Part shown: positions 1 to 13,030 of the stretch, piece by piece
How positions within the stretch are numbered: the first letter of the stretch is position 1
How the letters are laid out: every line of letters begins with the position of its first letter
Origin: Octopus vulgaris
Taxonomy: Eukaryota
Direction of reading: 5' to 3'
DNA: 64,000 bases
Assembly: GCA_951406725.2 (NCBI GenBank)
Contig: OX597815.1
Coordinates: 162,068,001 to 162,132,000, forward strand
The notes under the pieces: generated by a model
Seen by the model: the letters and a program-made list of their open reading frames with translations, nothing else
Told to the model about the DNA's origin: nothing
The model's database searches: none
Made by a program: the position numbers and the translations under genes

Positions 1-12
1 ACACATGTACCA

Positions 13-200
13 ATGGGAGGTGCATTTTGTGAAGAGAAATTGGCCTTTAAATCTGATCCTAATTTAAATTACAATGAAGATCCTGCTGTCAGAGTAGGAG
101 AGCTATTGCATCAGTGCAGGTTCTGTGGGGAAAAGAAGTTTACGTGCGGAAGTCCTGGAATGTGTTGCTCTGGAGGCAAGGTTCAGATTCCTGCTTTACA
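13..200 (+). mobile_element. Helitron RepHel N-terminal Cys-rich fragment (degraded)
   Basis: Translation AFKSDPNLNYNEDPAVRVGELLHQCRFCGEKKFTCGSPGMCCSGGKVQIPAL fits the CxxC...PGMCCxxGKVxLP motif that precedes the Rep domain in animal Helitrons. Confidence 0.7.
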
Positions 201-296
201 AGGTGCTTTTTATATATCCTCAGCATGGGTGTCAGTTACATAACCCTGACATCAGCCACCGCTACAATTTCACTTGGCATGCCTATGATTTTGACA

Positions 297-453
297 GACT
301 TTTTGCAGTTTCTGAGTACCAAATCCACTCACAGGGTTTTGTTTGGCCTGACGCAACAATAGAAGACTCTTGCTCAAGGCGTCATGCAGTGGGACTGTAC
401 CCTGAACCATGTGATTGGGAAGCAAGCTTCTTACCACACAGCCATGCCCATGC
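297..453 (-). mobile_element. tRNA-derived SINE 5' part (family A)
   Basis: Reverse complement resembles the heads at 35954 and 55445 (ggctgtgtggtaag A box, gggttcag B box, ccttgagcaag core). Confidence 0.7.
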
Positions 454-982
454 CTGGAAAAATGTCTTTGTTTTGATGACTAAGTGGGTGCCTAGCTAAA
501 GTAATGAAAAGTTCATTACCCATAACCTTTATATGGCTTCAATGAGGGAGGCATAACCAAACTATCTTTCCTGAAAGAAAGATAGGGGTAGTCACGGGTG
601 GAATGTCCTTATTCATATCTGCTCAGCTACAGCCAAACTGTGAGTAAATAACAATAACAACCATAGCATTGATTAAATATCCCAAAAACTTGCTTTACAA
701 CAAGCATTTATATAAATGAGGATAATTTATATAAATTTATGTAAATGGCTGGGGTGCAAAGAAAATATGTGACATCACTGAGATGAATTTTTAAAACTAG
801 ATTTTGAAGATACTATATGAGAAACAATAAAAAATGTGGACAGTTTGGACAGTTAATTAATATACAGCATTAATGGTACAATAAAAATAGAATTCACAAA
901 CTTAAAATGCTTCATAGAACATAGAATGTAGTTTTAATTAGTCCTTATCATGCTTTCAACACATGACCTATATATATAAATA

Positions 983-1017
<35 letters not shown>

Positions 1018-1019
<2 letters not shown>

Positions 1020-1445
1020 TCATCATCATCATCATCATCATTATCATCGTCGTTTAACGTCCGCTTTCCATGCTAGCATGGGTTGGACGATTTTGACTGA
1101 GGACTGGCAAACCAGATGGCTGCACCAGGCTCCAATCTTGATCTTGCAGAGTTTCTATAGCTGGATGCCCTTCCTAATGCCAATCACTCCGAGAGTGTAG
1201 TGGGTACTTTTTACATGCCACCACACGGGGCCAGTCAGGCGGTACTGGCAACGATCATGCTCAGATGGTGCTTTTGGCACCCTTCTAGCACGGGCACAAG
1301 TGCCAGTAAGGCGATACTGGTAATGATCACATTCGAATGGTGCCTTTTATGTGCCACTGGCACAGAAGCCAGTAAGCTGCTCTGTCAACAAGCACACTCG
1401 TATGGTGCTCTTTGCACCCTGCTAGCACAGATGCCAGTCATCGAA
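1018..1445 (-). mobile_element. RTE LINE 3' UTR fragment with (GAT)n tail
   Basis: (CAT)n followed by cgtttaacgtccgctttccatgctagcatgggttggacg, the reverse complement of the RTE 3' end at about 2400-2475; flanked by (TA)n runs. Confidence 0.85.
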
Positions 1446-1457
1446 TTCTATATATAC

Positions 1458-1509
<52 letters not shown>

Positions 1510-1624
1510 GTATGCATGTATACATATATATGTATATGCATGTGTATATAAAAATACATATATATACATTCATACATTCATACATACATACATACATACA
1601 TATATACATGCATACATATTTAAA

Positions 1625-3131
1625 TATGTATGTCATAATTCAGTTTTATTTCAAGATTGGTCATGTGGCGAGAATGGATGAAGATAGGTGTGTAAAAAAG
1701 TGCCAATCCCTAGCAGTGGAGGGAACCCGTGGAAGAGGTAGACCCAGGAAAACTTGGGACGAGGTGGTGAAGCACGACCTTCGAACTTTAGGTCGCACTG
1801 AGGAAATGACCAGTGACCGAGACCTTTGGAAATTTGCTGTGCGTGAAAAGACCAGGCAGGACAAGTGAGTCCAGCCCACTTATGCATGCCTTTCCTCCCT
1901 TGGACACACAAAGACCTGTTGAGACAAGCGAAATCAATATCGAACCTCATCCGACGACAGGCATCTATACCAACCCCCCTTTGCTTGTGAAGACCTGTTG
2001 GGGCAAGTGAAATCGAAATCGGAATCGAAATTGAACCAATCCTATGACTGGCACCCGGCAGATGCCAGGACCCCTGGACTGGAGATACATAAAAAGCACT
2101 ATCTGAATTGTGGCCGATGCCAGCGCCACTTCGACTGGCTTCTGTGTCGGTGGCACGTAAAAAGCACCATCCAAATCGTGGCCGAAGCCAGTGCCGCCTC
2201 AACTGGCTTCCATGCAGGTGGCACGTAAAATGCACCATCTGACCGTGGCCGATGCCAGCCTCGCCTGGCCCCAGTGCAGGTGGCACGTAAAAAGCACCCA
2301 CTACACTCTCGGAGTCGTTGGCGTTAGGAAGGGCATCCAGCTGTAGAAACTTTGCCAGATAAGACCGGAGCCTGGTGCAGCCTTCTGGCTTCCCAGATCC
2401 CCGGTCGAACAGTCCAACCCATGCTAGCATGGAGAACGGACGTTAAACAATGATGATGATGATGATGATGATGATGATTACTTGCCAGCAGAGAAAGAGC
2501 CAGTTTCTAACCTAGATTTCTGTTTTGTTTCATGCATATATTCTCATGCATATAATTGCATGTCTAGACATGCTCATATATACTTAAATGATAGACTTCT
2601 GAAAAGTTTTACAGATTCTTACACTTCCTGTGATGGCTTGGATCTGTAGTCTTCAAATATGCATGTGTGTGTGTTTTTGTATGTATGTATGTATGTAAGT
2701 AAGTAAGTAAGTAAGTAAGTATGTATGTATGTATGTATGTATGTATGTATGTATGTATGTATGTATGTATGTATGCACATACATACATATATACAGTGCC
2801 TAGTAGTGCTATTTTCTGTATGTTATATATATTTGTAAGTCCTGGTGTTTTGCCTATATATTTGTTTGTATATTTTTTAATCATACCTAAAGCACCTATT
2901 ATCAAAGGGATTGTTTCTGTTTCTAGGCTCCACATTTGGGTTATCTCCATTTCCAGATCTTTGTATTTTGAGAGTTTCTCCATTTTTTTTTTTTTTTAGA
3001 GATACATTGTCGTCTGTTGGGATTGATAAGTTGATTAGAAGGCATTTTTTTCTTTCATGATCTCTGACAACTATATCCACTCTATTAGCCTTTTATGATC
3101 TCTGACAACTATATCTGGTCTATTAGCCTTT
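1625..3131 (-). mobile_element. R4/Dong-type non-LTR retrotransposon 3' remnant (restriction-like endonuclease plus 3' UTR), interrupted by an RTE and a (TATG)n run
   Basis: 2793-3131 encodes KANRPDIVVRDH..KCLLINLSIPTDDNV..EKLSKYKDLEMEITQMW..IPLIIGALG..IQKIALLGT (PD-D/ExK RLE). 3' UTR pieces at 1625-1658 and 2480-2660 match the uninterrupted copy at 6655-7000. Confidence 0.75.
1659..2475 (+). mobile_element. 5'-truncated RTE LINE (ORF C-terminus, 3' UTR and (GAT)n tail)
   Basis: GHVARMDEDRCVKKC..GRGRPRKTWDEVVKHDL..KTRQDK* (1659-1868) is near-identical to the end of the ORF at 14498; gatt is duplicated at 1655-1658 and 2476-2479. Confidence 0.92.
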
Positions 3132-3278
3132 GGAGAATTTCATTGTTTTTTATAGCTTAAATTTTGTTGTTAATTGTATATTGTTATTTATTTTGTATGC
3201 GAATACAGTGCTTAACCCCACTTGTTCCTTGTCTCACATCATTCCAATTTAGTTTGTGTTTAGCCCTTGTGACAATTT

Positions 3279-3293
3279 ATTATTATTATTATA

Positions 3294-3358
<65 letters not shown>
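3279..3358. repeat. (TTA)n microsatellite
   Basis: Seen directly in the sequence. Confidence 0.97.
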
Positions 3359-3863
3359 CTACATTATGTAACTCAATACAAAGGCTTTTCAGGGTATATA
3401 TAACAATTATAAAAACAACTAAAGATAAATACATCTAATCAGAAAAAGAACAAGTTAATATTCCATTATTGTTTAGTTCTCTGTAAGTTTTATTGGATAT
3501 TGCAATGCATAGTTAAGAAAACTGCTTTTAAATCTATTTGTTCCTTTAGCAATATTTTTTAACAATTTATTTATCTATTTATTTTCGTCGTTTAAACTTT
3601 TATCCATTAAATGAACAAACATAGCCCCCAGGTGTTCGGATTTCAGTCGAGTTTGCATGCCAATATCTCTTTCTTTGAATTTAAAACAATTTCATTGTGT
3701 TTTATCTTTATATCCCCAATAATTTATCAAATCTATTATTCAATAATTGCTTTAGATTGATGCCTTATAACTAACAATATAAAATGTTTCATAGCCATCA
3801 TTTTTCTCCTCCTCCTTATAATCATCATCATCACTATTATCACCACCACTCCACCACCACAAC

Positions 3864-3864
3864 T

Positions 3865-3938
<74 letters not shown>

Positions 3939-3975
3939 AATCATCATCATCATCATAATCATCACCATCATTATT
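3864..3975. repeat. (ATC)n microsatellite
   Basis: Seen directly; source of the poly-I and poly-M ORFs. Confidence 0.97.
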
Positions 3976-4574
3976 GTCATCATATCCAAGACTGCCACCA
4001 CCAATGCTATAGTTATCATCACAGTCATTTTTACATGTTTCCTTTTTTCATATTGGTATTATTCGAATGAAACTTCTTGAGGTGGTATTCTACAACCTGA
4101 GGCTCTTTCTGATGCCAATCCTTACAGTTTTCAAGTAAGGGTTGGCTTAAGGATGCAAAACTGCTACCAGATATTTTGTCATGAAGGTTCATGGTATTTC
4201 TTTGGAAATTCACAGATATGATCCCCTGTTACTTTCTGAGCTTACTTTTCGAGGCACAGGGCCTGCATAATCCTGAGATAGAGGTACTAATTCATGTAAC
4301 ATCAGGGCATATCCACATACTGTTGGCTACAAGAGTGTAAGCCCTAGCCACAGGGCTTTCCACACTGGACAATATTTTATGAATTTAGCACTATATCAAT
4401 ACCATGTTGTGTTTTTTTGTGTTGGAGTAGAAAAAAATCAAGGACCCACCCTGATAAGCACAAGTTTATATATATAAGCCACTATTTATATATATATAAA
4501 GGAATATGAAGAAACTTCTACCTGCTCTCTTGCTAGAAATAGCAGTTATATTATGCACAAGCCACACCCATCTA

Positions 4575-4770
4575 TGAGGGAGTACTGAAAAGTTCCTGGC
4601 TTTAAGGGTATCATCAAAGGCCTGGCTGGAGGCCCAACCTTCCAAGTTTTTTTACAGGGCTTAGAAAAACTGAAGGATCACTGCAATAAATGTTTGCATC
4701 TGAGAGGGGAATATGTTGAATCCAATATTTTCTTTTATATAAGGTCAGGAACTCTTCAGTACCCCCCTCA
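4575..4770 (+). mobile_element. mariner-derived MITE
   Basis: TIRs tgagggagtactgaaaagttcctg / caggaactcttcagtacccccctca with TA on both sides; internal QGLEKLKDHCNKCLHLRGEYVE resembles a mariner transposase C-terminus. Confidence 0.85.
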
Positions 4771-5377
4771 TATACCTAGAAATTATATTGTCATTTTTAT
4801 TCAACATCTGCTGTCCATGCTGGCATGGGTTGGTCAGTTTGACCGGAGCTGGCAAGCTAGAAGACTGGGCCAAGCTCTACTGCTTTCTTTTGCATGACCT
4901 ATACTGCTCAATGCTCTTCTTAACTGAGTTTTTTGACAGGACTTTATAGTTTCCAAGTGAGGTGATATTTCTCCATGGCCAGGCATATTTTTCATGGATG
5001 AATGGAACAAACAACATTGCTTATATAACAGGGACACTCATTTACAGCCATGTCAAAACAAGGGTATGCACAAACAAGTAGACACAGACTTAGTCTAAAT
5101 TCAAACTATATTGTTTAATGTACTCTTCATGGGATGGCCATCATGTATCTCTTCTACAGCAAGATACCTGTTTCTGTCTTTCTATTTTACTCTAAATTCT
5201 CATCATGTGGCACAAAACCATCTCCCTCAATAATAATTCATTCTGTTAAGATTGTTGTCTTGAAAGTTATTTGGAATCCTACAGGTGCTAGTGCCATGTA
5301 AAAAGCACCCAGTAAACTTTGTTAAGTGGTTGGTGTTAGGGTGTACATTCCGTAGTGTAGACCATGCCAAAGCAGCG

Positions 5378-5522
5378 GCGGTGGTGGTGGTGCTGGTGCT
5401 GGTGCTGGTGGTGGTGGTGCTGGTGCTGGTGGTGGTGCTGGTGGTGGTGCTGGTGCTGGTGCTGGTGCTGGTGCTGGTGATGATGATGATGATGAGGATG
5501 ATGATTATGATGATGATGACTG
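5378..5522. repeat. (GGT/GCT)n plus (GAT)n compound microsatellite
   Basis: Seen directly in the sequence. Confidence 0.95.
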
Positions 5523-5828
5523 ATGATGGTGATAGTGATAATGGTGTGTGTGTGTTTGTCTGTGTGCCTATGTTAATAGTGAAGGCACAAAACTCAGTGG
5601 TTAGGGTATTGAGCTTTCTAGTGTTGGTGTGCCTGCATCTCCGTAACTTAACAGTTTGGCAAAACAAGATCAATAGAATATCAGGCATAAAAAGACAAGA
5701 AGTACTGGAGTCAATTCATTCTTCTGAACTTCTTCAAGACAGTGCTCCAGCATGGTCGTAGTCAAGTGACTGAAGCAAGTAAATGATATAAAATACAAGT
5801 AGAAAATTCCTAGAGAAATCTATAATGC

Positions 5829-6637
5829 AAAACAGAAGGACAATATATCTATATATATAAAAGTGAAGTTGTGTGAGTGTCTGTCTCCTACGATTTAGAT
5901 TCCTAACTACTCCCACATTTTGCGGTGCAGTTTAACCAAAACTGGGTATCTTATAGTCGTGATTCATATCGAGCCCTTCTGGGTATTAGCGCGCGTCTAC
6001 GATGAATCTACGATTTAAAAAAAAATTTACCATCATTTTTTCCATTTTAATGCATTTTTTCGCTATTATATAAGGGAAGTAACTCTCTAAAAATGTCTAC
6101 GATGAGTCAACGATTTAAAAAAAAATTACCATCATTTCTTATTCCATTTTTAATGCATTTTTTTGCTATTTTTTTGCTATAACTCTCTAAAAATGCTTAT
6201 ATAGTTATTTCCCTTACAAACCCGAGCAACGCCGGGCGATACTGCTAGTATATATATATTTTTGTAACTAAACAGCTACCAGTTTCGGTCATGTAAGAGG
6301 ACCCCTTCATAATGGAATAAAATGTAAAACAATATTGAAAGAAATTAAGTTAAACTTCCACAATATCAATTCTGGAATCTTACATATTTTTTGTTTTTTA
6401 TAAAGATCACATGGTGTTGGTTATTTCAGATTTTCTTGAGTGTTGAAGGAAGAAGGAAATGAAATACATTACCATGTGATCGTTAGAAAAAAAATGTGTG
6501 AACTTCCAGAACTGATATTATGGAAGTGCAATTTAATTCATTTCAATGTTGTCTTCTATTTTATTTCTGTATGAAGAGGTCATGTTAAATCACTGAAGCT
6601 GGTAGCTACTTAGAAATACACATATTGTCTTTCAGTT
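5829..6637. mobile_element. Foldback element with hammerhead-like cores (left arm split by the Helitron)
   Basis: 6274-6415 is a diverged reverse complement of 6471-6607; pairing continues past the Helitron (aacagaaggacaatat / atattgtctttcagtt). The minus arm reads tgaagg-ggtc..gacc-gaaa-ctggta. Confidence 0.7.
5848..6248 (+). mobile_element. Non-autonomous Helitron
   Basis: A|TC start, subterminal GC hairpin cccgagcaacgccggg, CTAG|T end; internal ~100 bp direct repeat (5995-6195). Confidence 0.9.
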
Positions 6638-6654
6638 TTTTTTTTCTTTTTCAA

Positions 6655-7000
6655 TACGTACATACACACATATTTATCATTTAAATATATATGAGCATGT
6701 CTAGATATGCAACTATATGCACGAGGATACATACATAAAGCAAAATATACACATACATACATACATACATACATACATACATACATACATACATACATAC
6801 ATACATACATACATACATACATACATACATTCATACATACATACATACATACATACATACATACATACAAACAAAAATACCCATATCCTGTTGTTGATGG
6901 TGAAATTCCAATGAAGGTATCTTGAATCTAGGTTAGAAACTGGCTCTTTCTCTACTGGCAAGAAATTTTGAAATAAAACTGAACAATGACATACACATAC
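6655..7000 (+). mobile_element. R4/Dong-type 3' UTR copy with internal (TACA)n
   Basis: Reverse complement of 1625-1658 plus 2480-2600 (ctaggttagaaactggctctttctctactggcaag); (TACA)n at 6752-6868. Confidence 0.7.
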
Positions 7001-7799
7001 TTATATATAAACATACAAATATGCATACACACATATACATATATATATATATTTATATATATATATGTATATGTATGTATGTATACACACATTCACACAT
7101 ACACTCACAAATACACACACACACATGCACACATATATAAGGGTTAATAGGTACCTATGCACCAATTCAATAGAGTAATATCTTCCACTGCCAAATACTG
7201 GTGAGAAAAAAAGTCTAAGAATCTATGAATTTTACATTTGTCTTTGGTTATTGCTTGATACTGCAGATGAAATGCCTGTATATGTCTGTATGATTAATGT
7301 TGAAGTCAAGAAATTTTAAACTACATATATAATGGTGTAATGGATAGCACATTTACTCCAAAAGACAAATGCTTCATACTTCAATTTAACTTAACCAGTC
7401 TGTTGTTAGTTTTCACTTGTTAAGCATTATTTTTGCTAGTTCCCATTTATATATTACTAATATATATCATATATGAACGTATTCACTTTACATTTAAAGT
7501 TTTAAGTTATGAAATAACACATATTTTATATTATGATTTTTTAATAGAAAATAACTATTACACGCTGCCTATAAAACTGTATTTTTCTTGAGCTTTTAGT
7601 TTTAAATACAAAACAAAAATACTGTAGAATGACTTTAAAGCAATTCAATATGCATCTTAGTGCTTTGTTTGTGTGTCATTCACCCCAACTTGAGAACTTA
7701 GCTACACTTCTAATATATATTTGCACATATATATGTATGTGTGCATACACACACTCACACACACACATATATACAAACAAATATATAATATAAATGTGT

Positions 7800-8300
7800 A
7801 TGTTCTCTTCTGTTTTAATTATCTGAAGTCTGCTACTAAAGAAGGAGTGGGTCTCTAATGAAGATACAAAGCACCGATCATTTGAATAAAAGATAATAAA
7901 ACAATGTCAACTTTTGAAATGGAGCAAGTCTTGCATATTTTTACTGTTCCACTTACAGATTGTATTTGTAATGTGAATGTTAGCTGGTTGACTTCTTTTC
8001 CTGAAACCCTAGCTTTTTCAAATTGTTACTTGTATACTTATTTATAAAACTAAGTGCACTAACTATCATTAGTACAAATGTGAATTTAATGATCTGGGTA
8101 TAGAAGTTAACAGTTTTGAAGCATTTGTCCATAGTTATCCTGTTTCTCTTTGATTTCAAAGAGATATTCATCTCAGCATGGCAGCTGACTTCCATGATAA
8201 TACATCCTTTTTTTTCTTATCTATCCCAACCTAAACAATAATGTCTGGCCTGTAATGCTTGCATTTGGTTGAAGTTTTGATGGGAATGTTTGCTTGTTCC
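7800..8300 (-). mobile_element. Degraded R4/Dong-type RLE LINE 3' end (family 2)
   Basis: Frameshifted KCKHYRPDIIV..MEVSCHAEMNISLK..NLKKLGF; homologous to 21790-22520. Confidence 0.7.
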
Positions 8301-8379
8301 ACATCAGGACTCATGAAGCCAACTGACTCTTAACATCAAATAACCTTGAACATCACTGGAACAGACACCCTGTAGGTAT

Positions 8380-8550
8380 ACCCATTGTACCTACCCTGTC
8401 TACCTTTGAGTTACTTTAAACCACACTCTCTCCTTTAAGAAGCACATTAAAAACACTAAATTGAAAACTGGTTCTCAAAACAACATCCTACGAAAACTGT
8501 TCAACTTCAAATGGAGGGACACAGCACACACATTAAGATCTACTGCATAG
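8380..8550 (+). mobile_element. I/Ingi-group LINE RT C-terminal fragment
   Basis: HCTYPVYL*VTLNHTLSFKKHIKNTK..NNILRKL..KW..TLRSTA fits the YLGVTLDRTLSF..NNILRKL motif. Confidence 0.6.
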
Positions 8551-8959
8551 TCTCATGTGGCAGCATGTGGCTTAGTGGTTAGGGTGGTGTTGGACTCATG
8601 ATTGCAAGAATGTGGTTTTGATTCCAACAGCTCACTACCAACAACATATATAGAATAACTGTGTCTTTTCAATCATTGATGTTTCACATTACCAGTAGGC
8701 TTATTCAAAAATATTAGTGACAGAAGCTGTATCAATACTGAAAGGCAAATTTTATATCCAACTTAATGTGTATGTATTGTTAGAACACTATATACTGTGG
8801 TATTTGCTTTAAATTAATTGGTATGTAGCACGTTCGGATGACTGCTACTCAAATCTGCTCTACTCTACTACTCCTAGTCTGTGCTCTTGACGTCTAGACT
8901 TCTCCCTGTATATCTACATATTGGGCTAGTCTACTTCATCATCTGGGGACGTCAACACA

Positions 8960-9120
8960 ACATTAATCATGCATTAGCTCGTAGATTTGAGATTTTAGTG
9001 ATGTGATTGTTTGTTTTTAGAATGACATTGTAGAATAGATGTGCACGGTTAGATCTGGTCAGTTTGAACATAAAGTGGGTAGAATATCTGGGCCAGATAT
9101 GGTCAATTTATATGCTAAAC
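8960..9120 (-). mobile_element. piggyBac-type MITE fragment
   Basis: Reverse complement of part of the element at 49441-49660. Confidence 0.65.
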
Positions 9121-10334
9121 TGATATTCGTGATGATCAAAGAACCAGGGCTTCAACTCTTCAGTCACTTTAATATCTTTAATTACTACATCAGAACTCAA
9201 AAACAAACTAATTCAAATCTCATTCACAAGTAGGGATCGAACCTATGCTGTTTCAGCATTTGATTCTATGTTAAGTTAAACAGTTATTCTTGATAGTCAA
9301 AGAGATACTGCTTTAACTATACTATGCAGTCACTTAAACATCTTTGATAAATATATTATAACTGAAAGGGGAGCTATTTCAAATCACAAGCACAGGTATA
9401 GATTGAACTTACTTCAGCCATTTCAGTATTTGACACTGTCATGTTAAACTGACATTCCTGATATTTTGTGATATTTTACATGCCAAAACAAGCAGTGGCA
9501 ATGACCCTTTCAACTTGGTATACTTGCCAAGCAGTCAACAAAATTATTGACAAAAAGAACTAATTCATTTTTAACGTTTATCTTTTCACTCCTGTTAGAA
9601 TGTGGACACTTTATCATTACAACAATGACTGTGAAAATATGCTCAGGGTCACCTGCTGCATAAGAACTTAATAGTAAAGTGGCCACTAGAATAATTGATG
9701 TAGTTAGTCAAGAAATTTTTTATTCTTTATGGAAAGTAGTGAGCTGGCAGAACCAATATTGTTCTGGACAAAATTTTTAGTGGCATTTCCTCTAACTCTT
9801 TACATTTTGAGATCAAATTCCACTGAGGCAGACTTTGCTTTCATCATTTTGAGTCTATAAAATAAGTATCAGTTGAGTAATTAAAATCGCTGGCCTTGTG
9901 CTAAAATTAGAAAAACATTATTATTATTGTTGTTGTTATTATTAAGGCAGCAAGCTGGCACGCTGGACAGAATGCTTATAAATTCCTCTGTCTCATTACA
10001 TACTCTGCACTTTGCACATTTCACAGTTTTGTCGATTTTTGCTTTATGATATTTGACTGCAATGACTGACTTTGAACAACCATTATGGATCCGTCCATTT
10101 ATTTTTTAAGTTCTCCATTCCCCAGTTCCCCAGCAATGACCAAAGCTCATCTTCTGTGACATCCTGCATTTATCTGAGATGCTGACTATGCAGTTCTTTC
10201 CCCCAGATGTCTTTTTCTTGCTCCGGTTTTCTCTTTCCTCAAAATTACCTGACCTTGAGCTAAAATTGGAAAGAATTAGAATGATACCCTCTGTGATGAA
10301 AAAAAATCCTTTTCTAAATTACTAACTCAGATAA

Positions 10335-10369
<35 letters not shown>

Positions 10370-10975
10370 GGTAAGACAACTCCAGTATTGTAATTAGTTA
10401 AAATTAATTAAATATGAAATGCATTGGAAAATGAATCTAATTTTTGGCTGTACACTCACAGAACTTTAGTTCTGTAGCCTTTCTAAGATCTACAATAAAG
10501 GTTTGGTTATGCTTTACTATGGAGATCCAATAAGAATGAAACATGTGAAAAGTTGTCCCCATACTACTAAAGATTCTGCAAAGTATTCCATATTTTTGAC
10601 CAGATTTAATCATTTAGAAAATCCATGTTTTCATCAATAAGGAGCATTCAAGAAAATCTAATTCCCATGTGTTCACCAAAAGGTAATTAACTCCTAATAT
10701 GAAGAAACTGATGTACAGACCATATTTTCCAGCATAAGTTGAATTTTTTAGACCAAGGTTTACAACCAAAAAAAGTAGCTCAACTTATACACTGAGACAA
10801 GTTTGGAGACAAAAAATTCCTTGGGAAATGCTGCAAGATTTTTAAAGATAGTGATGCGGTTTTAATGTTTATACTACATGTTTGCATTATATACATCAAC
10901 TTGTAAGCTGGAAAATACAGTATTACAACTACACAGTTCTTAACCAAAGCCTATTAGCATCTAATAAGTTGTATT

Positions 10976-11270
10976 CAATGACCCAGTGGTTAGGGCAGGG
11001 ACTCGCGGTCAGAGAATCGCAGTTTCAATTCCCAGACCAGGCATTGTGTGTGTTTATTGAGCGAAAACATCTAAAAGCTCCATGAGGCTCTGGCAGGGGG
11101 TGGTGACGACCCCTGTTGTACTCTTTCATCCCAACTTTCTCTCACTCTTTCTTCCTGTTTCTTGGCTAACACTGCGATGGACTGGCATCCCGTCTAGCTG
11201 GGGGGAACACAGACGCTACAGAAACCAGGAAACCGGGCCTATGAGCCTGGCTAGGCTTGAAAAGGGCGAA
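10976..11270 (+). mobile_element. tRNA-derived SINE (family B)
   Basis: tgacccagtggttagg A box and B-box-like gtttcaattcc; homologous to 42905-43203 and 28560-28850. Confidence 0.8.
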
Positions 11271-11902
11271 AAGATGAAGTTGTATTCACCAACGTAAAAT
11301 TTCTCTCTACTACAAACTTGCAGAGATGAATTGATATATAGCAAACGAAGATAACTAACTGGACAATTTTATTTCAATGAAAAATACTTGTTTCCATTAA
11401 ATCCCTCAACTATAAGTAGTTATTTCCTGTTTTTGCATCTAAGTATTACTATTATCAAATTTTAAACTCATCATCATCATCCACAACAGCAACAATTTTT
11501 AAAAATAGAGATTTTTCTAACAACAATGGAAAAGGGAAGAAGTTATAAATTTGAAATTCTCAATCAACTTGAATCTCCAATTTTTAAGTCGTGATTTAAT
11601 TCAAAACTAAATTTAAATAAGAGAAACTTAAGATAGTATTATAAAAAAGCTGACCTTGAGCAGATCCATAAACAAAAGACAATCTTAACATAAGGAATGA
11701 CTTAAGAGATTTCAGTTGTATGCTGACGTTACTAATTCTATATAAAAGTATATAATTAGCCTTGCTCTAAAATAATTCTGGGGTTATAACCCCATGAGAA
11801 ATCATTCAACAGAAAGACAATTTCAATCAACTTCAGTGTTGTTGGAACCATATATGTTCTCTTAATCAAAATGTTAATATTATTAATAAACCATATAGTT
11901 TA

Positions 11903-12274
11903 TCTCTCTATATATAAAGCTGAAGTTGTCTGTGTATGGCAGGTTTAGTAGCCTTCAACTAACACTATCTCCTCAAAGACCCTATGGCGCAAGTTGACCA
12001 AAATTGAGAGTATGATAGAAGAAGGCTTGCTCTTCCTTCTTTAGAAGAAAAAATTCAAATCAGACCATGTTAACACCAAAAATTATTTACATCAAAAAGG
12101 TGCTTTTTTTCTATGAAAATTCCTATTTTTTACGATTTTGTGTCTCCATTTTTTGGTGTATTTCAACCAGAAAAAAGAGAATAACAAGCTACATAATGCA
12201 AAATTTTTACTTTTCAAAAATTCTAATTCTAAAGGGTCGAAGCAAACCCGAGCAACGACGTGCGGTACTGCTAG
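11903..12274 (+). mobile_element. Non-autonomous Helitron (second subfamily)
   Basis: A|TC start (tctctctatatataaagctgaagttgt) and 3' aaacccgagcaacgacgtgcggtactgCTAG|T; termini shared with 5848-6248 but interior different. Confidence 0.88.
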
Positions 12275-12799
12275 TATATGTAAAAATCTTAAAACTAATC
12301 CTGCAGTGGTCTACGTTCAGCAATAAGTGTACAAGAAAATTATTTAACACACCATACATTCTATGGTATTCGTTTCCTTTAAAAAAATTTTTTTGTGCTG
12401 ATGCCACGTAAAAAGCACCTAGCACCCTTTGTAAAGTAGTTGGCATTAAGAAGGCCATCCAGCTGTAGAAACCAAGTCAAATCAGACTGTAACCTGATAC
12501 AGCTCTCCTGCTTGCCGGCTCTGGTCAAACCATTCAACCCATGCCAGAATGGAAACTAGACATTAAACAACAATGATGATGATGATGTGGCTATGCTGGA
12601 GCACCAGCCTCATATCAACTCCAGGACTTATTTCAGTCAGACTGCATGGATGAGAAGCTTACTCCCAAGTGCACGGTTTTAAGTTTATTCCCATTGCATA
12701 ACATCTTGGGCAAGTGTCTTTTATCATAGCTCTGCCAACCAAAGCCTTGTGAGGGGATTTATTCAATAGAAACTGAAAAGACGAAAATTTACCTTCTCA

Positions 12800-13030
12800 T
12801 GTCATATCGATTCATAGCGGCCAGTTTCCTTTTTTCATGGCACATAAATTCCCCATTTGGATGGGACACCAGTCCGGGGCAGGGTTACTCAGTTTTGCCA
12901 GCTGAGTGGACTGGAACAATGTGAAATGAGGTGATATGTTCAAGAACACAACACATTACCCAGTCCAGGAATTGAAACCACAATCTTACAATCATGAGTC
13001 CAGCACCCTTACCACTGAGCAATATGCCTC
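12800..13030 (-). mobile_element. tRNA-derived SINE (family B-related)
   Basis: cagctgagtggactggaacaatgtgaaatg..gttcaagaacaca core plus tRNA head, as at 30522-30860. Confidence 0.7.
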
